DNA of 64,000 nucleotides from an uncultured Gemmatimonadales bacterium (lineage in GTDB: Bacteria > Gemmatimonadota > Gemmatimonadetes > Gemmatimonadales > Gemmatimonadaceae), in NCBI GenBank assembly GCA_963701965.1, contig OY969695.1, forward strand, positions 2,112,001 to 2,176,000, read 5' to 3'. Each line of letters begins with the position of its first letter. Position 1 is the stretch's first letter. The notes beneath the pieces are model-generated. The model worked only from the letters and a program-made list of their open reading frames with translations. It had not been told where the DNA came from and made no database searches. The translations under genes were made by a program, and so were the position numbers. This document shows, in pieces, positions 31,485 through 41,978 of this stretch.

Positions 31485-32379
31485 TGCTGACGACCGGCCA
31501 TCCTTGCGTGCGCGCCAGTTCCAGCGAACGCTCGGCGCCCGCGGTATAGTCGAACTCGCGCGCATGATCATCGTGCAATAACAGGAGGCGGAGGGCCGGG
31601 AGCGTCGGCCCTCCGGCAAACCGGAGCATCTGGATGTCGCCGTTCGAGTTGCCGCAAGCGACGATGGGTCGCCGGCCAATGCGGCTCCAGATGCGCACCG
31701 GCTTGGCAGGCCCGTCGTCGAACACATCGGGCTTGGCCAGATAGGCGACGCTGCCGAACTGCTCGCCATCGGTGTAACACAGCGCATTGGAGCTGCCCAC
31801 GACCCGCTCGGCGGGGATGCCGTACATCTCGTCGGTCACCGTCCGCATGAAATCGCGGTCCCCGCCGGACGCGATGTAGTTCACAAATCCGTTGGCCTCG
31901 AGATAGCGCAGCAGCTCGATCATCGGCGCGTAGCCGCACTGGCGAATCGGCCAATGCAGCGCCGGATTCTGCGCCTGGCCGAGGAAGAGCGCCGCCGCGG
32001 ACTGGTAGGTCTCGACGGATTCGCCTTCGAATGCCCGCAAAATGCCGCCGATGAGCACCTTCACGTCGCTCTCGTCGCCCCGGTAGTGCTTGGTGACGGC
32101 GTCGCTCAACCAATGGTAGTCCTTGGTGTACGCGGCTTTCCACGGCTGGCGCTCGCGCAGCGAGGGGTCGCCTTCGGCCATGTTGGCCAACCGTTGCAGG
32201 ATGAACCCGAGCTCCACCGGCAGCGGCTTCTCCGACCAGAGGGTGCCGTCGTTGTCGAACACGGCGACCCGCGCGTCGGCCGGCACATAGTCCGGTGAAC
32301 CGGCGGTCGTGACGCGCGCGACGAACTCTTCAATCGCGCGCTTCGGTCCTCCATCGTTCCAGGACTCGAGGGCGGGCAT
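31435..32379 (-). CDS. HAD-like hydrolase
   Basis: FDNDGTLW, ASGG and GNSNGD; start MPALESWNDG. Confidence 0.9.
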   Translation of the reverse strand: MPALESWNDGGPKRAIEEFVARVTTAGSPDYVPADARVAVFDNDGTLWSEKPLPVELGFILQRLANMAEGDPSLRERQPWKAAYTKDYHWLSDAVTKHYRGDESDVKVLIGGILRAFEGESVETYQSAAALFLGQAQNPALHWPIRQCGYAPMIELLRYLEANGFVNYIASGGDRDFMRTVTDEMYGIPAERVVGSSNALCYTDGEQFGSVAYLAKPDVFDDGPAKPVRIWSRIGRRPIVACGNSNGDIQMLRFAGGPTLPALRLLLLHDDHAREFDYTAGAERSLELARTQGWPVVSIKNDWKTVFAAPRPSA

Positions 32380-32414
32380 TCGCCATCGTACCCGCCGGTG
32401 CCCCGGCCCCTCTA

Positions 32415-34805
32415 TTAGCCATTGGTCGACAATGCGGCGACCGGGTTGATCTGAGTGGTCCGCAACGCGGGAATGAGGGCGGCGACCAGGGCGACCACGG
32501 CAAACACGACGGCGGCGCCGGCGAAGATAGCCGGATCGTGGGCATCGACGCCGACGAAAAGCCCGGAGAGACCGCGCGTGACAAACCATGCCGCGACCGA
32601 GCCCACAGCGATCCCGGTCCCGGTGAGAGCCAAGGCGCGCCGCACCACGTCGCGCATGACGTGCGCGTGGCTGGCGCCGAGCGCGAGCCGCACACCGATC
32701 TCGCGACGGCGCTGACTCACGATGTAGGAAAGCACGCTGTAGATCCCGATCATGCCCAGGACCAACGCGACGGCGGCAAAGAGTGACGCCAGAAACGTCG
32801 AGAATCGCGTCGTGCCCATGGTGTCGGCCACCCGCTCATCCATGGTCTTGACGTCGGAAACCGCGAGGCTCGGATCCAGACCGGCGATCACGCGCCGCAG
32901 GCCGGCGGCCGATGCCGTCGGATCGTCAGACGTCCGGAGCGACAGATACACGGACGGCACGGGATTCTGGGCGATGGAGAAGTACAACGTCGCCGCGTCC
33001 TCCACGGCCCATCCGTACAGTCGTATCGCCGGCGCGACGCCGACAATCTCCATCGTGTCCGTGTCGAAGACGAGCCGTTGGCCCAACGGCTGGCGGTCCC
33101 CGAGGTAGCGATGCACGAGCGTTTCATCCACGACGACGATTTTGGGCGCGCGCGAATCATCGGTCGCCTGTATGGTCCGACCGCGACGCAGGGCAATGCC
33201 CATGGTCTTGAAGTACTCGGGGCTTACGGACGCGAAATGGGCGCTCGGCATGTCGATCAATTTGCGAGTCGGCTGGCCGGGGATGGCGAAGACCGAGATC
33301 CCATTGCTGAAGCTCGGGAGCGCGGACGACGCGCTTGCGCTCCGGACGCCGGGCAGCGCGGCGAGGCGTTCGAGCGCACTGCTGACGAATGCGTTCTGCG
33401 ATTCCGGCGTCGGATAGCGCGTAGGGGACAGGTCGATCTGTGCCGTGAGGACGCCACGGGGCCGGAATCCGGGGTCCATCCGCTGGAAGTGCGCGAAGCT
33501 CGAGGCCAAGAGGCCGGCTCCCGTCAACAACACGAGCGCGACGGCGACTTGCAGCACCACGAGGGAGTCCTGCACGCGATGATGTTGCGCCGACCCCGTA
33601 CCGCGCCCGCCTTCCTTGAGCATCGCGGCCAGGCTGCCGCGCGACACGTGCCACGCCGGCAGCAGGCCGAAGACGAGGACCGTCGCCACCGAGATCAGCG
33701 CGCAGAACGCGACGACCCGCCCGTCGACACCGATCTCGCTCAGCCGCGGAAGCGTGGGCGGCGCCAGCGAACGCAGAATGCGGACGCCCATGATCGCCAC
33801 CCCGACGCCGAGCGCCCCCGCGGCGACGCCGAGCGTCGCTGCTTCCGCCACCAGCTCGCGCAAGAGCCGCCCGCGCGTGGCGCCAAGCGCGCTCCGGACC
33901 GCCAGCTCCCGCTGCCGCGCCAGGCAGCGCACGAGGAACAGGTTGGCGAGATTCGCCGAACCGATCAAGAGGACACACGCCGCGGCGGCAAGCAGCGCGA
34001 CGAGCGCGGGCCGGGCGTCGCCGATCAATTCGTCCAGGAGCGGGACGGTGATCACCGACCAGCTTTCGTTCGTCGCGAGATATTCCCGCGCCAGTCGATT
34101 GGCGATCGCCTCCATCTCGCGCTGGGCGCCGGCCTGGGTCGCGCCCGCCTTGAGGCGGCCAAAGACCCCGAGGATATGGTAGTCGCGGCTGTTGGCTGCT
34201 ACATCCTGCGCTCGGAAGCTGAGACGCGTCCACACCTCAGTGGTGCCCGGAAGACCCGAGGGCAGGACGCCGACGATGGCGTAGGGGCGGTTATCGAGCA
34301 TTAGCGTTTGGCCGAGCGCCGACGACGCCCCGCCGAACCGGCGCTGCGACAACCCGTTTCCGATCACGACCTCGGCCGGACCACCGGAGTCCGGCGAGAG
34401 CCCACGACCCACGATCGGCGTGAGACCCATGACCGGGAAATAGTTCGGCGTGACCGCCAGCCCCGGCACATGCTCGGGCTCCTGCTTTCCGGTCACAGTG
34501 CCCGCGGCATACATCGCGGCCGCCAGGCCGCTAAAGGTCGTGTTCTGCGCCCGCCAATCGAGATAATCCGGCGCCGACACGGTGAACTTCGGCAGGTTGA
34601 CGCGTGGGTTGCTCGACCACAGCGTGAACACCCGGTCGGGGTCGCGATACGGGAATGCCTTGAGCAGGACGCCGTCGACGAGCCCGAACACGGACGCCGT
34701 GGCGCCGATCGCAACGGCCATGGTGATCGTAGCGGCGATCGTGAACCCTGGGCTTCCGCGTAGCCGGCGCAGGGCGTAGCGCAGCTCCCGCACTGCCGTT
34801 CTCAT
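32415..34805 (-). CDS. ADOP-type duplicated ABC permease
   Basis: ELRYALRRLRGSPGF, ELAVRSALGA and EIGVRLALGA. Confidence 0.92.
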   Translation of the reverse strand: MRTAVRELRYALRRLRGSPGFTIAATITMAVAIGATASVFGLVDGVLLKAFPYRDPDRVFTLWSSNPRVNLPKFTVSAPDYLDWRAQNTTFSGLAAAMYAAGTVTGKQEPEHVPGLAVTPNYFPVMGLTPIVGRGLSPDSGGPAEVVIGNGLSQRRFGGASSALGQTLMLDNRPYAIVGVLPSGLPGTTEVWTRLSFRAQDVAANSRDYHILGVFGRLKAGATQAGAQREMEAIANRLAREYLATNESWSVITVPLLDELIGDARPALVALLAAAACVLLIGSANLANLFLVRCLARQRELAVRSALGATRGRLLRELVAEAATLGVAAGALGVGVAIMGVRILRSLAPPTLPRLSEIGVDGRVVAFCALISVATVLVFGLLPAWHVSRGSLAAMLKEGGRGTGSAQHHRVQDSLVVLQVAVALVLLTGAGLLASSFAHFQRMDPGFRPRGVLTAQIDLSPTRYPTPESQNAFVSSALERLAALPGVRSASASSALPSFSNGISVFAIPGQPTRKLIDMPSAHFASVSPEYFKTMGIALRRGRTIQATDDSRAPKIVVVDETLVHRYLGDRQPLGQRLVFDTDTMEIVGVAPAIRLYGWAVEDAATLYFSIAQNPVPSVYLSLRTSDDPTASAAGLRRVIAGLDPSLAVSDVKTMDERVADTMGTTRFSTFLASLFAAVALVLGMIGIYSVLSYIVSQRRREIGVRLALGASHAHVMRDVVRRALALTGTGIAVGSVAAWFVTRGLSGLFVGVDAHDPAIFAGAAVVFAVVALVAALIPALRTTQINPVAALSTNG

Positions 34806-37348
34806 GGGCGTATTTGGGCGCGAATGCGCACGGTTCGGGTGAGCTCATCCTCCGACTGCAGCACCTTTTGACGGAGGTCGAGCGGCAGATCCGGGTGCGT
34901 CGCCAGAAATTGGTGCACCGCGCGCAGGGCCTCGGCGCTGGTCTGGCCTTCGACGAACGCGCTCAACCAGAGTCCAAGGAAGAAAATGCGCCGATTGCGC
35001 TGGATCCAGGGCAGCGAGTCCAGCGCCGGCACCAGGTAGCGCCGCGTCAGCGCGCTCTGCTCCGGCGCGTTGAACTCGCGGAGACTGGCCGTCACCCATT
35101 CTTCGTTGAGCGTCGAGTCGGCCAGGTAGCGGCTCCAGTAGCCCTCCTTTGCTGCGGCCGCCGGCCGCGCCGCGCCGGCGACGAAAGCCCGCCGTTGTCC
35201 CTCGGTCCCGCGATCGCGCTGCATCTCCGCCGCGTAGCGCGCCGACGCGGTCGGCGCCTGATGCGCGATCAACGCCGTCACGATGGCCCAACGCGTCGGC
35301 GCCTTGAGCGGCGCCCCGGCCAACGAATCGCGATCGAGCCACGCATCGAGCCGCCGCCCGGCGTCGCCCGTGCCCGCGATGGCGATGTAGGCGTCGAGTC
35401 CCGCTTTGCGCATGCCGAACCCACGCGCCGTATCCGCCGCGATGCCGCTCAAGAGACTCTCCAACCGGGGACGGACGGCATCCCGCTGGGCATCCGACAG
35501 ATACGCTTCGACCGCCCGCACCGTGCGCGCCAGTACAAACGTGGCGATCTGCTCGTCGGGCTCGCGCCCGATGCCACGCTCGACCATCGCGATGAACCGT
35601 TGCGGGGACAGCTCGGCATCGCGCACGCGATCCCAGATCGATCCCCACAGCATGGCCCGCAAGAGCGGGTCCCGCACTTCCCCGATGTGCTGCTCCAGCC
35701 ACGCCACGCTCAATGCATCGAGACCGATGACCGCATACCCGTAGTCGCCTGCGTTCGCATACACGAACGCATCGCCGGAGCACCCCGTGAGCGGCACCAC
35801 CGTCCGCCGGTCGCGGAGCTCCACCGCGACCCGGCACGTGCCGGCCGCCACGTCGAGCTTGAGCGGCCAGGGATCTGGCCCCGAGATCGGCCGCGCCGGA
35901 TGCTCCACCAGCGTGAGGCTGGCGATGCGCCCGCTCTGCACGCGCACCTCTTGCTCGACGATCGGCACGCCGGGGCGCAGAATGTAGGCGCGGCCCCACG
36001 CGTCCAGCGATCGGTGCGACGCCGCGCCCACGCTCGACAGCAAGTCGCGCCACGTCGCGTTGCCGTACGCATGGTCGCGGAGAAACGCGCGCAACCCGTC
36101 GCGGAACGCCGTATCGCCCACGAGAAACGCGAGTTGTTTGAGAATCGCGGGTGCCTTGTCGTAGACGATGGGACCGTAGGCGCTCTTCGCCTGGTCGAGA
36201 TTCCCCAGGGCCTGCCACACGGGCGTCGTCCCGTCGGTCACATCGACTGCGTAGGCGGGCGGCCGGTTCCGCAGGTAGAACATCTTCCAAGCACCCGACG
36301 CCGGGTCGAGCGCATGTTGCATCACGGCCGCCATGTAGCTGGCGAACCCTTCTTTGAGCCAGAGATCGTCGAACCACTCCATGGTCACGAGATCGCCGAA
36401 CCACTGGTGCGCGACCTCGTGGAAGATCGTCGCTTCGCGCCCCAATCGCTGGTTCAGCGTCGGACGCTCGCGAAAGATGAAACTCTCCTCGTTGTAAAAG
36501 ACCGCGCCCGGATGCTCCATGCCGCCGAAGGGAAACAATGGCGCGAGCACGACGTCGAATTTCGGGAACGGAAACGGCCGGTCGAAGTAGCGCTCGAGCC
36601 AGTCGAGCGCGCGCCCATTGAGCGCGAGGATCGTATCGCCCTCGACCTCGGCCTTGCGGGACGCCCGCACGTACAGCGTGATCGGCCGCCCGGCCGAAGT
36701 GGTGATGCGCGCCCACGGCCCTGCCGCGAACGCGATGAGATAGGTGCTGATCGGCTCCGTCGCCCCGAAGTGGACCGTCATGGCACTGTCCGTGGAGTCA
36801 GCACCCGCCGCCGCGCCATTCGCCACCGCGCTCCAGCCCCGCGGTATCGTGAGCGCCAGCGTCACCCGCGCCTTCAAGTCCGGTTGGTCGAAGCAGGGAA
36901 ACAAGGCGTTGGCGTCCGCCGGCACCAGCAACGTGTACAGATAGTCCGCGCCATCACTGGTGTCGTGAAAGCGAATGATGCTCGCGCCCGCCGGCGCTAT
37001 CGCCGCCGAAAAGTCGAAATCGACGGCGTTCTCGCCGCGGACGAGGAGCGCGGCGGGAATCCGCACGTGGGCGCCATTGGCCACCACGCCGGCGGGGTCG
37101 TGTCCATTGACTGCGGTGGCCCGCAACTCGGGCCCGCGAAAATCCAACAGGATATCGCCCGTATCGACCCGGTCGAATCGCACGCGGACGTGCCCCGTCG
37201 CCCGATCGTGCTGCCGGACATCGAGCGCCAGATCGTATCGGACGTGCGCGACCTCGGCGGCGCGCCTCTCGGCCAGAGCCCGCGAGATTCCCGGGCCATC
37301 AATGCTGTCGGCAACGGGCAGCGCCAACCCCAACAATACGCTGAGCAT
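34802..37348 (-). CDS. M1 family aminopeptidase
   Basis: FPCFDQPDLKA, GGMEH and HEVAH...LKEG zinc motif. Confidence 0.94.
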   Translation of the reverse strand: MLSVLLGLALPVADSIDGPGISRALAERRAAEVAHVRYDLALDVRQHDRATGHVRVRFDRVDTGDILLDFRGPELRATAVNGHDPAGVVANGAHVRIPAALLVRGENAVDFDFSAAIAPAGASIIRFHDTSDGADYLYTLLVPADANALFPCFDQPDLKARVTLALTIPRGWSAVANGAAAGADSTDSAMTVHFGATEPISTYLIAFAAGPWARITTSAGRPITLYVRASRKAEVEGDTILALNGRALDWLERYFDRPFPFPKFDVVLAPLFPFGGMEHPGAVFYNEESFIFRERPTLNQRLGREATIFHEVAHQWFGDLVTMEWFDDLWLKEGFASYMAAVMQHALDPASGAWKMFYLRNRPPAYAVDVTDGTTPVWQALGNLDQAKSAYGPIVYDKAPAILKQLAFLVGDTAFRDGLRAFLRDHAYGNATWRDLLSSVGAASHRSLDAWGRAYILRPGVPIVEQEVRVQSGRIASLTLVEHPARPISGPDPWPLKLDVAAGTCRVAVELRDRRTVVPLTGCSGDAFVYANAGDYGYAVIGLDALSVAWLEQHIGEVRDPLLRAMLWGSIWDRVRDAELSPQRFIAMVERGIGREPDEQIATFVLARTVRAVEAYLSDAQRDAVRPRLESLLSGIAADTARGFGMRKAGLDAYIAIAGTGDAGRRLDAWLDRDSLAGAPLKAPTRWAIVTALIAHQAPTASARYAAEMQRDRGTEGQRRAFVAGAARPAAAAKEGYWSRYLADSTLNEEWVTASLREFNAPEQSALTRRYLVPALDSLPWIQRNRRIFFLGLWLSAFVEGQTSAEALRAVHQFLATHPDLPLDLRQKVLQSEDELTRTVRIRAQIRP

Positions 37349-37391
37349 GGGGAGACAGTAGTCTCCCGACGCTCCGCGGGGAAGGCACCGG

Positions 37392-37757
37392 CTAATTCAC
37401 CGTGGCCAAGGCCCGGCGGAGCTGGTCCAGTTCAATGGGCATCCCAAACCACGGCAGCGTGCTCTGCTCGGCGATGATGCGCACGTCGTCCGCGAACCGG
37501 CCGGGACTGAACACGACCACTTGAGTCCCGCGCACCCGCTGTTCCCGAACGAACGCCTGCGAGAACCCATCGGGATGATCGACATCGACGATGATGAGCT
37601 CAGGCTGATGCCGTTCGACCGCGTCGCTCGCCGACCCGCGCCGCCGGTCGTATACGACGGCGCGAAACCCCTCCCGTTCCACGTACGCGCTCACCAGTGC
37701 GCCAATCATCCAGTCGGTCGACACGATGAGCACGGTCGCCGGTTCCGTCATTGTCAT
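37392..37757 (-). CDS. Atypical single-domain response regulator
   Basis: Receiver-like pattern (VLIV, PELIIVD); the conserved Lys is replaced (FGMP). Confidence 0.7.
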   Translation of the reverse strand: MTMTEPATVLIVSTDWMIGALVSAYVEREGFRAVVYDRRRGSASDAVERHQPELIIVDVDHPDGFSQAFVREQRVRGTQVVVFSPGRFADDVRIIAEQSTLPWFGMPIELDQLRRALATVN

Positions 37758-37852
37758 AGCCGCGAATCTATCGCGCGAATGTCCGATCACCGCATAAGCA
37801 AACCGAGAAGATTTGGGACGAACGTTAAGACAGATGGCGGCAATCTCGGCCA

Positions 37853-39385
37853 CTACGTCGTCGCGGCCGGCATCATCTTCTCCACCACCTCGTCGATCGA
37901 GAAACTCGCCGGCCGCTGGCGGATCGGGAATTCCTTGAGGGACTCGAGCCATTTGGCCACGAGGACCTGCGCGGGCACCATCATGAACGAGCGATCGACC
38001 ATCCATTTGTCGTAGAAGAGTGAGCTCTCTTCCCCCTGCTCAAATGGGTCCGACCGGAGATTGTACATCTTGGGGACGCGGAACTTCGCGAAGGGCTCAC
38101 GCCAGACAGAGACTCCGTGGGCGCGCTGTTCCTCGAACACGACCTTCCAGTTCCCCACGCGGATGGCCAGCAAGTCGCCGTCGTCACTCCAGTAGAGGAA
38201 TCCTTCGCGGGGAGACTTGTCGACGTCGCCCTTGAGGAACGGCAGCAGATTCATGCCATCCAAATGCACTTTGAATTTCTTGCCATCGGCGGTATAGCCC
38301 TTCTTGACCTTCTCGACGAGATCGGGCTCGCCGGCTGCCGCGGCGAAGGTCGGGACCATGTCCTGCAGCGAGCAGATGTCGTTGATGACGCGTCCCGGCT
38401 TGATGACCCCCGGCCAGCGCATCAGGAACGGTACCCGCCAGCCGCCTTCGCCCTGGGTGTCCTTCTCGGCGCGGAACGGAGAGGCCCCGCCATCCGGCCA
38501 GGACATCTTTTCGGCGCCGTTATCCGTCGTGAACACCACGATCGTGTTGTCGACAACGCCCAGGTCCTCGAGCTTCTTGAGCAACTGGCCCACGTAGCCG
38601 TCCAGCTCCACCATGCCGTCGGGATAGAGGCCCAGTCCGGTCTTGCCAACGGACGCTGGCTTGAGATGCGTGAAGACGTGCATGCGCGTGGTGTTGAAAT
38701 AACAGAACCATGGCACGCCTTCCTTGTTCTTGCGGTCCATGAAGTCGAGCGCCCCGGAGAGGAACTCTTCGTCCACGGTCTCCATGCGCTTGATGTTGAG
38801 CGGCCCCGTGTTCTCGATCGTCTGCTTGCCGATCTTGCCGAACTGAGGGTCGACCGTCGTGTCGTCCTTGTCCGTGGCCTTGCAGCGCAGCACGCCGCGC
38901 GGGCCGAATTTCTTGCGGAACTCGGGATCCTTGGGGTAATCCGGGTTCTCCGGTTCCTGCTCGGCATTCAAGTGATACAGGTTGCCGAAGAACTCGTCGA
39001 AGCCATGCACGGTGGGGAGGAACTCGTTGCGATCGCCAACGTGGTTCTTGCCAAACTGTCCCGTAGCGTAGCCGAGTTGCTTGAGAAACTGCCCGATGGT
39101 CGGATCCTCGGCGCTCAAGCCGATAGTGGACGCCGGGAGGCCGACCTTGGTCAGCCCGGTTCGTATGGGCTGTTGGCCCGTGAGGAACGCGGCACGGCCT
39201 GCCGTACAGCTTTGCTGTCCGTAGAAATCCGTGAAGACCGCACCCTCCTGGCCAATGCGATCGATGTTGGGCGTGCGGTACCCCATGATCCCCATGTTGT
39301 ACGCGCTGACGTTGAACCAACCAATGTCATCGGCCATGATGAACAGGATATTCGGCTTGCTGGGCTGCGTCTTTTGCGTCGGCAT
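37853..39385 (-). CDS. Arylsulfatase (Cys-type)
   Basis: PNILFIMADD, SCTAGRAA, GKNH and TDNG. Confidence 0.95.
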   Translation of the reverse strand: MPTQKTQPSKPNILFIMADDIGWFNVSAYNMGIMGYRTPNIDRIGQEGAVFTDFYGQQSCTAGRAAFLTGQQPIRTGLTKVGLPASTIGLSAEDPTIGQFLKQLGYATGQFGKNHVGDRNEFLPTVHGFDEFFGNLYHLNAEQEPENPDYPKDPEFRKKFGPRGVLRCKATDKDDTTVDPQFGKIGKQTIENTGPLNIKRMETVDEEFLSGALDFMDRKNKEGVPWFCYFNTTRMHVFTHLKPASVGKTGLGLYPDGMVELDGYVGQLLKKLEDLGVVDNTIVVFTTDNGAEKMSWPDGGASPFRAEKDTQGEGGWRVPFLMRWPGVIKPGRVINDICSLQDMVPTFAAAAGEPDLVEKVKKGYTADGKKFKVHLDGMNLLPFLKGDVDKSPREGFLYWSDDGDLLAIRVGNWKVVFEEQRAHGVSVWREPFAKFRVPKMYNLRSDPFEQGEESSLFYDKWMVDRSFMMVPAQVLVAKWLESLKEFPIRQRPASFSIDEVVEKMMPAATT

Positions 39386-39509
39386 CGTGAGTCTCCCCTG
39401 GTAGACAGGCGTGGCAACAGGGCACGATGCCGGGGCTCGGGTCGCTGGGGAAGTAGACCTATGGCTACAGCATGGGTGGAATGAGCGGTCATTGCTATGT
39501 TACCCCTCG

Positions 39510-40085
39510 ATGAGCTCGCGTCGTGGGTGTATCGGCCCGTTCGCCGGATGCCTGATGGTCGTGATCGCCGTGCTGGGTCTCATGTACGGCATGGACACGT
39601 ACGTCATTGCGCCGTGGGCCCATGGCGATGGTCCGAAACTCACGGGCACGTGGGTTGGTGCGTTCGTGACGCCGACCGGCCGGCATGGGGTGTTGGAGCT
39701 GGCGCTGCGCCACGAGCCCGCCATGCGGCGAGGCGACATGGGGAGTAAAGGACGGGGTCGACTCACGGGGACGGCGCGATCGTGTGGCCTCGTGGACTGG
39801 CCCGCCTATGACCTCGCCGGCAGCGCGAACCGATCGGCGACCGACGTGTCGATCGTCATCACCGTGCCGCATCCCGCGCCATCCGGTTATTACGTGCACG
39901 AGTTGCGCGGACGATGGGCCGGCGACTCGCTCCTCCTGGCCGGGGTGTTGAGCTCATACGCCGGCCTGACACACACGTACCACGGCGGCGCCGCCGACGA
40001 GAATCAGGCGACGCACATCACCCTCCGGCCGGGTGCCGATACGGATTTCGACAAGGCCTGCGCGGCGAAGCAACGACGCACGTAA
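39510..40085 (+). CDS. Hypothetical protein with N-terminal membrane anchor
   Basis: Hydrophobic N-terminus followed by a beta-rich domain. Confidence 0.65.
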   Translation: MSSRRGCIGPFAGCLMVVIAVLGLMYGMDTYVIAPWAHGDGPKLTGTWVGAFVTPTGRHGVLELALRHEPAMRRGDMGSKGRGRLTGTARSCGLVDWPAYDLAGSANRSATDVSIVITVPHPAPSGYYVHELRGRWAGDSLLLAGVLSSYAGLTHTYHGGAADENQATHITLRPGADTDFDKACAAKQRRT

Positions 40086-40158
40086 GTCCAAGCCGCGATC
40101 GCGAGTCGCGGCACCAAGGTCCAATTGCCGCCAACGGGCGGTCGCGGCAGCGTGTCGA

Positions 40159-41277
40159 ATGGTGCCGCGACTGGGCGTCGGCGTCGGACTCACGGCCATG
40201 TGCGTGGCATGCTTCAAGGTGCCGACGCAATCGGCCCAGCTGGCCTTGGTCGACGACGCAGCCGTCACCGCGATCCAGCTCCAAATGCAGGTCTACGAGA
40301 TGGGACGTTGGGCGACCGACGTCATCCAACTCGCGGCCGACAGCGTCCGTTCACGCGATTCGTCATCGACCGTCCGACGGCGCGCCCTGCTGTGGAAGAT
40401 CGCGGCCATTCCACTCGTGGAGGAAGCTTCACTCCGGAGTGAACCCACCATCGGCGCCGTGGACTTGTGGGCGTTCGCGGTCCAGCAGCGCAACTACTTC
40501 CAAACCGGCGACGGCAAGGATGCCTTCGGCGCCGAACAATGGATCGCGCGCGCGGCCGCGGATACCATTGAGCACGGGGTGCGTGTGCTCGTGGGTCAGG
40601 TCCGTGCCAGCAAACAGATCTCGGATACGGCGACGGCCGCCGTCGAACGGTGGGCCGGCCGGCATCCCCTGTACGGCCCGGACATGCGCCGGTCCTCCGT
40701 GGTCGCATCCGAATGGAAGGCACTGGGCATCGAGGAGACGAGCCTCGCCGGCACGGCGGCCCGCATGGAGCGCGGGCTCAACGCCATCAGCTCACGCTTG
40801 GGTTACCTCAACGAAAACATGCTGAATCGCGTCGTCTGGCAGATGCAGCTCGCCGCGACCAGCGTGCCCTGGACGGGGCGCCCCGACACGATGCTGAGTG
40901 GCCTGACGCTAGCCGCGCGCCAGATCGGTGGGCTGGCGGCCACTGGACCCGCGGTCGTCGAAAGCGAACGACGCGCGGTGTTTCGCGATCTGGCCGGGGA
41001 GCGCGCGCACGTGTTCGGTGCGATCGACACGCAGCGCGTGGCGACGCTGGACGCGTTGGACGCCGAACGAAAGGCCGCGTTCGACGACCTGCGCGTCGAA
41101 CGCACCGCCGCGTTGGCGTCCACGGACAGCATCGCGCAACGCTCCATCGACCACGCGGGCCGTGTGGCCTCGCGACTGGCCCGGGAGGTGGCGGCGCTGA
41201 CCGCGCTCCTCGTGCTCGTCGCCACCATTGGCGCGTCTATCGTCGTGAGCCTCTGGCGCCGGCGCGCACCCACCTAG
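40159..41277 (+). CDS. Hypothetical helical lipoprotein with C-terminal TM segment
   Basis: Lipobox CVAC, repeated ERxA helices and C-terminal hydrophobic stretch. Start uncertain. Confidence 0.7.
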   Translation: MVPRLGVGVGLTAMCVACFKVPTQSAQLALVDDAAVTAIQLQMQVYEMGRWATDVIQLAADSVRSRDSSSTVRRRALLWKIAAIPLVEEASLRSEPTIGAVDLWAFAVQQRNYFQTGDGKDAFGAEQWIARAAADTIEHGVRVLVGQVRASKQISDTATAAVERWAGRHPLYGPDMRRSSVVASEWKALGIEETSLAGTAARMERGLNAISSRLGYLNENMLNRVVWQMQLAATSVPWTGRPDTMLSGLTLAARQIGGLAATGPAVVESERRAVFRDLAGERAHVFGAIDTQRVATLDALDAERKAAFDDLRVERTAALASTDSIAQRSIDHAGRVASRLAREVAALTALLVLVATIGASIVVSLWRRRAPT

Positions 41278-41309
41278 CGCGTGGGCACGGGCGCAGTATC
41301 TTCGCGTCT

Positions 41310-41975
41310 GTGTGGTTGATCCTGCTGTCTCTCCTCCTTCCGGCACCGCCGCGCGCCAGGGTGCAGACCGCGCTCGATGCCATGGGCGGCGTGGCGGCCG
41401 TGCGCGCGATCACGACCGTCCAGATCGCCGGCGCGGGGTATGCGACGGGCGACACAGCGGAGGGTGCGCCGCCGGCGCTCTCGGTCTTCGCGTTCATCGA
41501 AACGCGCGACGACCGGCGGCCGCGCCTGGTCCAGGATGTCGCCATGCTCCAACGTCCGGACTCGTCCCTCCGCACGGTCACGACGCTGACCCTGACAGGC
41601 GACAGCGTGATCGTGGAGCGCGCCGGCACCCGTCGGATGCGGGGCCCGCGGGCCATGGATGCGTGGCTGACCGAGGCGCCGGAGAACGTGCTGTTGGCCG
41701 CGCTCGAGGCCAAAGACCTCGTGAGCGACGGCGACTCCGCCGTGCGGTTTTCCTGGCGCGGGCGCACCGTGCAGGTGCGGTTCGGGCCGAAGTCGCCGCT
41801 GCCGGCCGCCGTCACGCTCAACGACGCCAACGGGCCGCTCACCACCGTCTACTCCCGCTGGAAGCGCGTGGCGCACGGGATCACGTATCCCAGCCAGTGG
41901 GATGTCCGGCAGAACGACACGCCGGCGGAATCCTTCACGGCCGACCGCGTCATGATCGCCATAGGCGCGACTTAG
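41310..41975 (+). CDS. Secreted hypothetical protein
   Basis: GTG 7 nt after TATCTT; hydrophobic N-terminus; ALDAMGG motif. Confidence 0.6.
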   Translation: MWLILLSLLLPAPPRARVQTALDAMGGVAAVRAITTVQIAGAGYATGDTAEGAPPALSVFAFIETRDDRRPRLVQDVAMLQRPDSSLRTVTTLTLTGDSVIVERAGTRRMRGPRAMDAWLTEAPENVLLAALEAKDLVSDGDSAVRFSWRGRTVQVRFGPKSPLPAAVTLNDANGPLTTVYSRWKRVAHGITYPSQWDVRQNDTPAESFTADRVMIAIGAT

Positions 41976-41978
41976 GCT

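Noticed and set aside
34814..37477. 887-aa plus-strand ORF and other long antisense ORFs (e.g. 5517-7214, 8908-10110, 47797-49404)
   Set aside because: These are shadow ORFs opposite well-supported genes, with Arg/Ala/Gly-rich nonsense composition expected in high-GC DNA.
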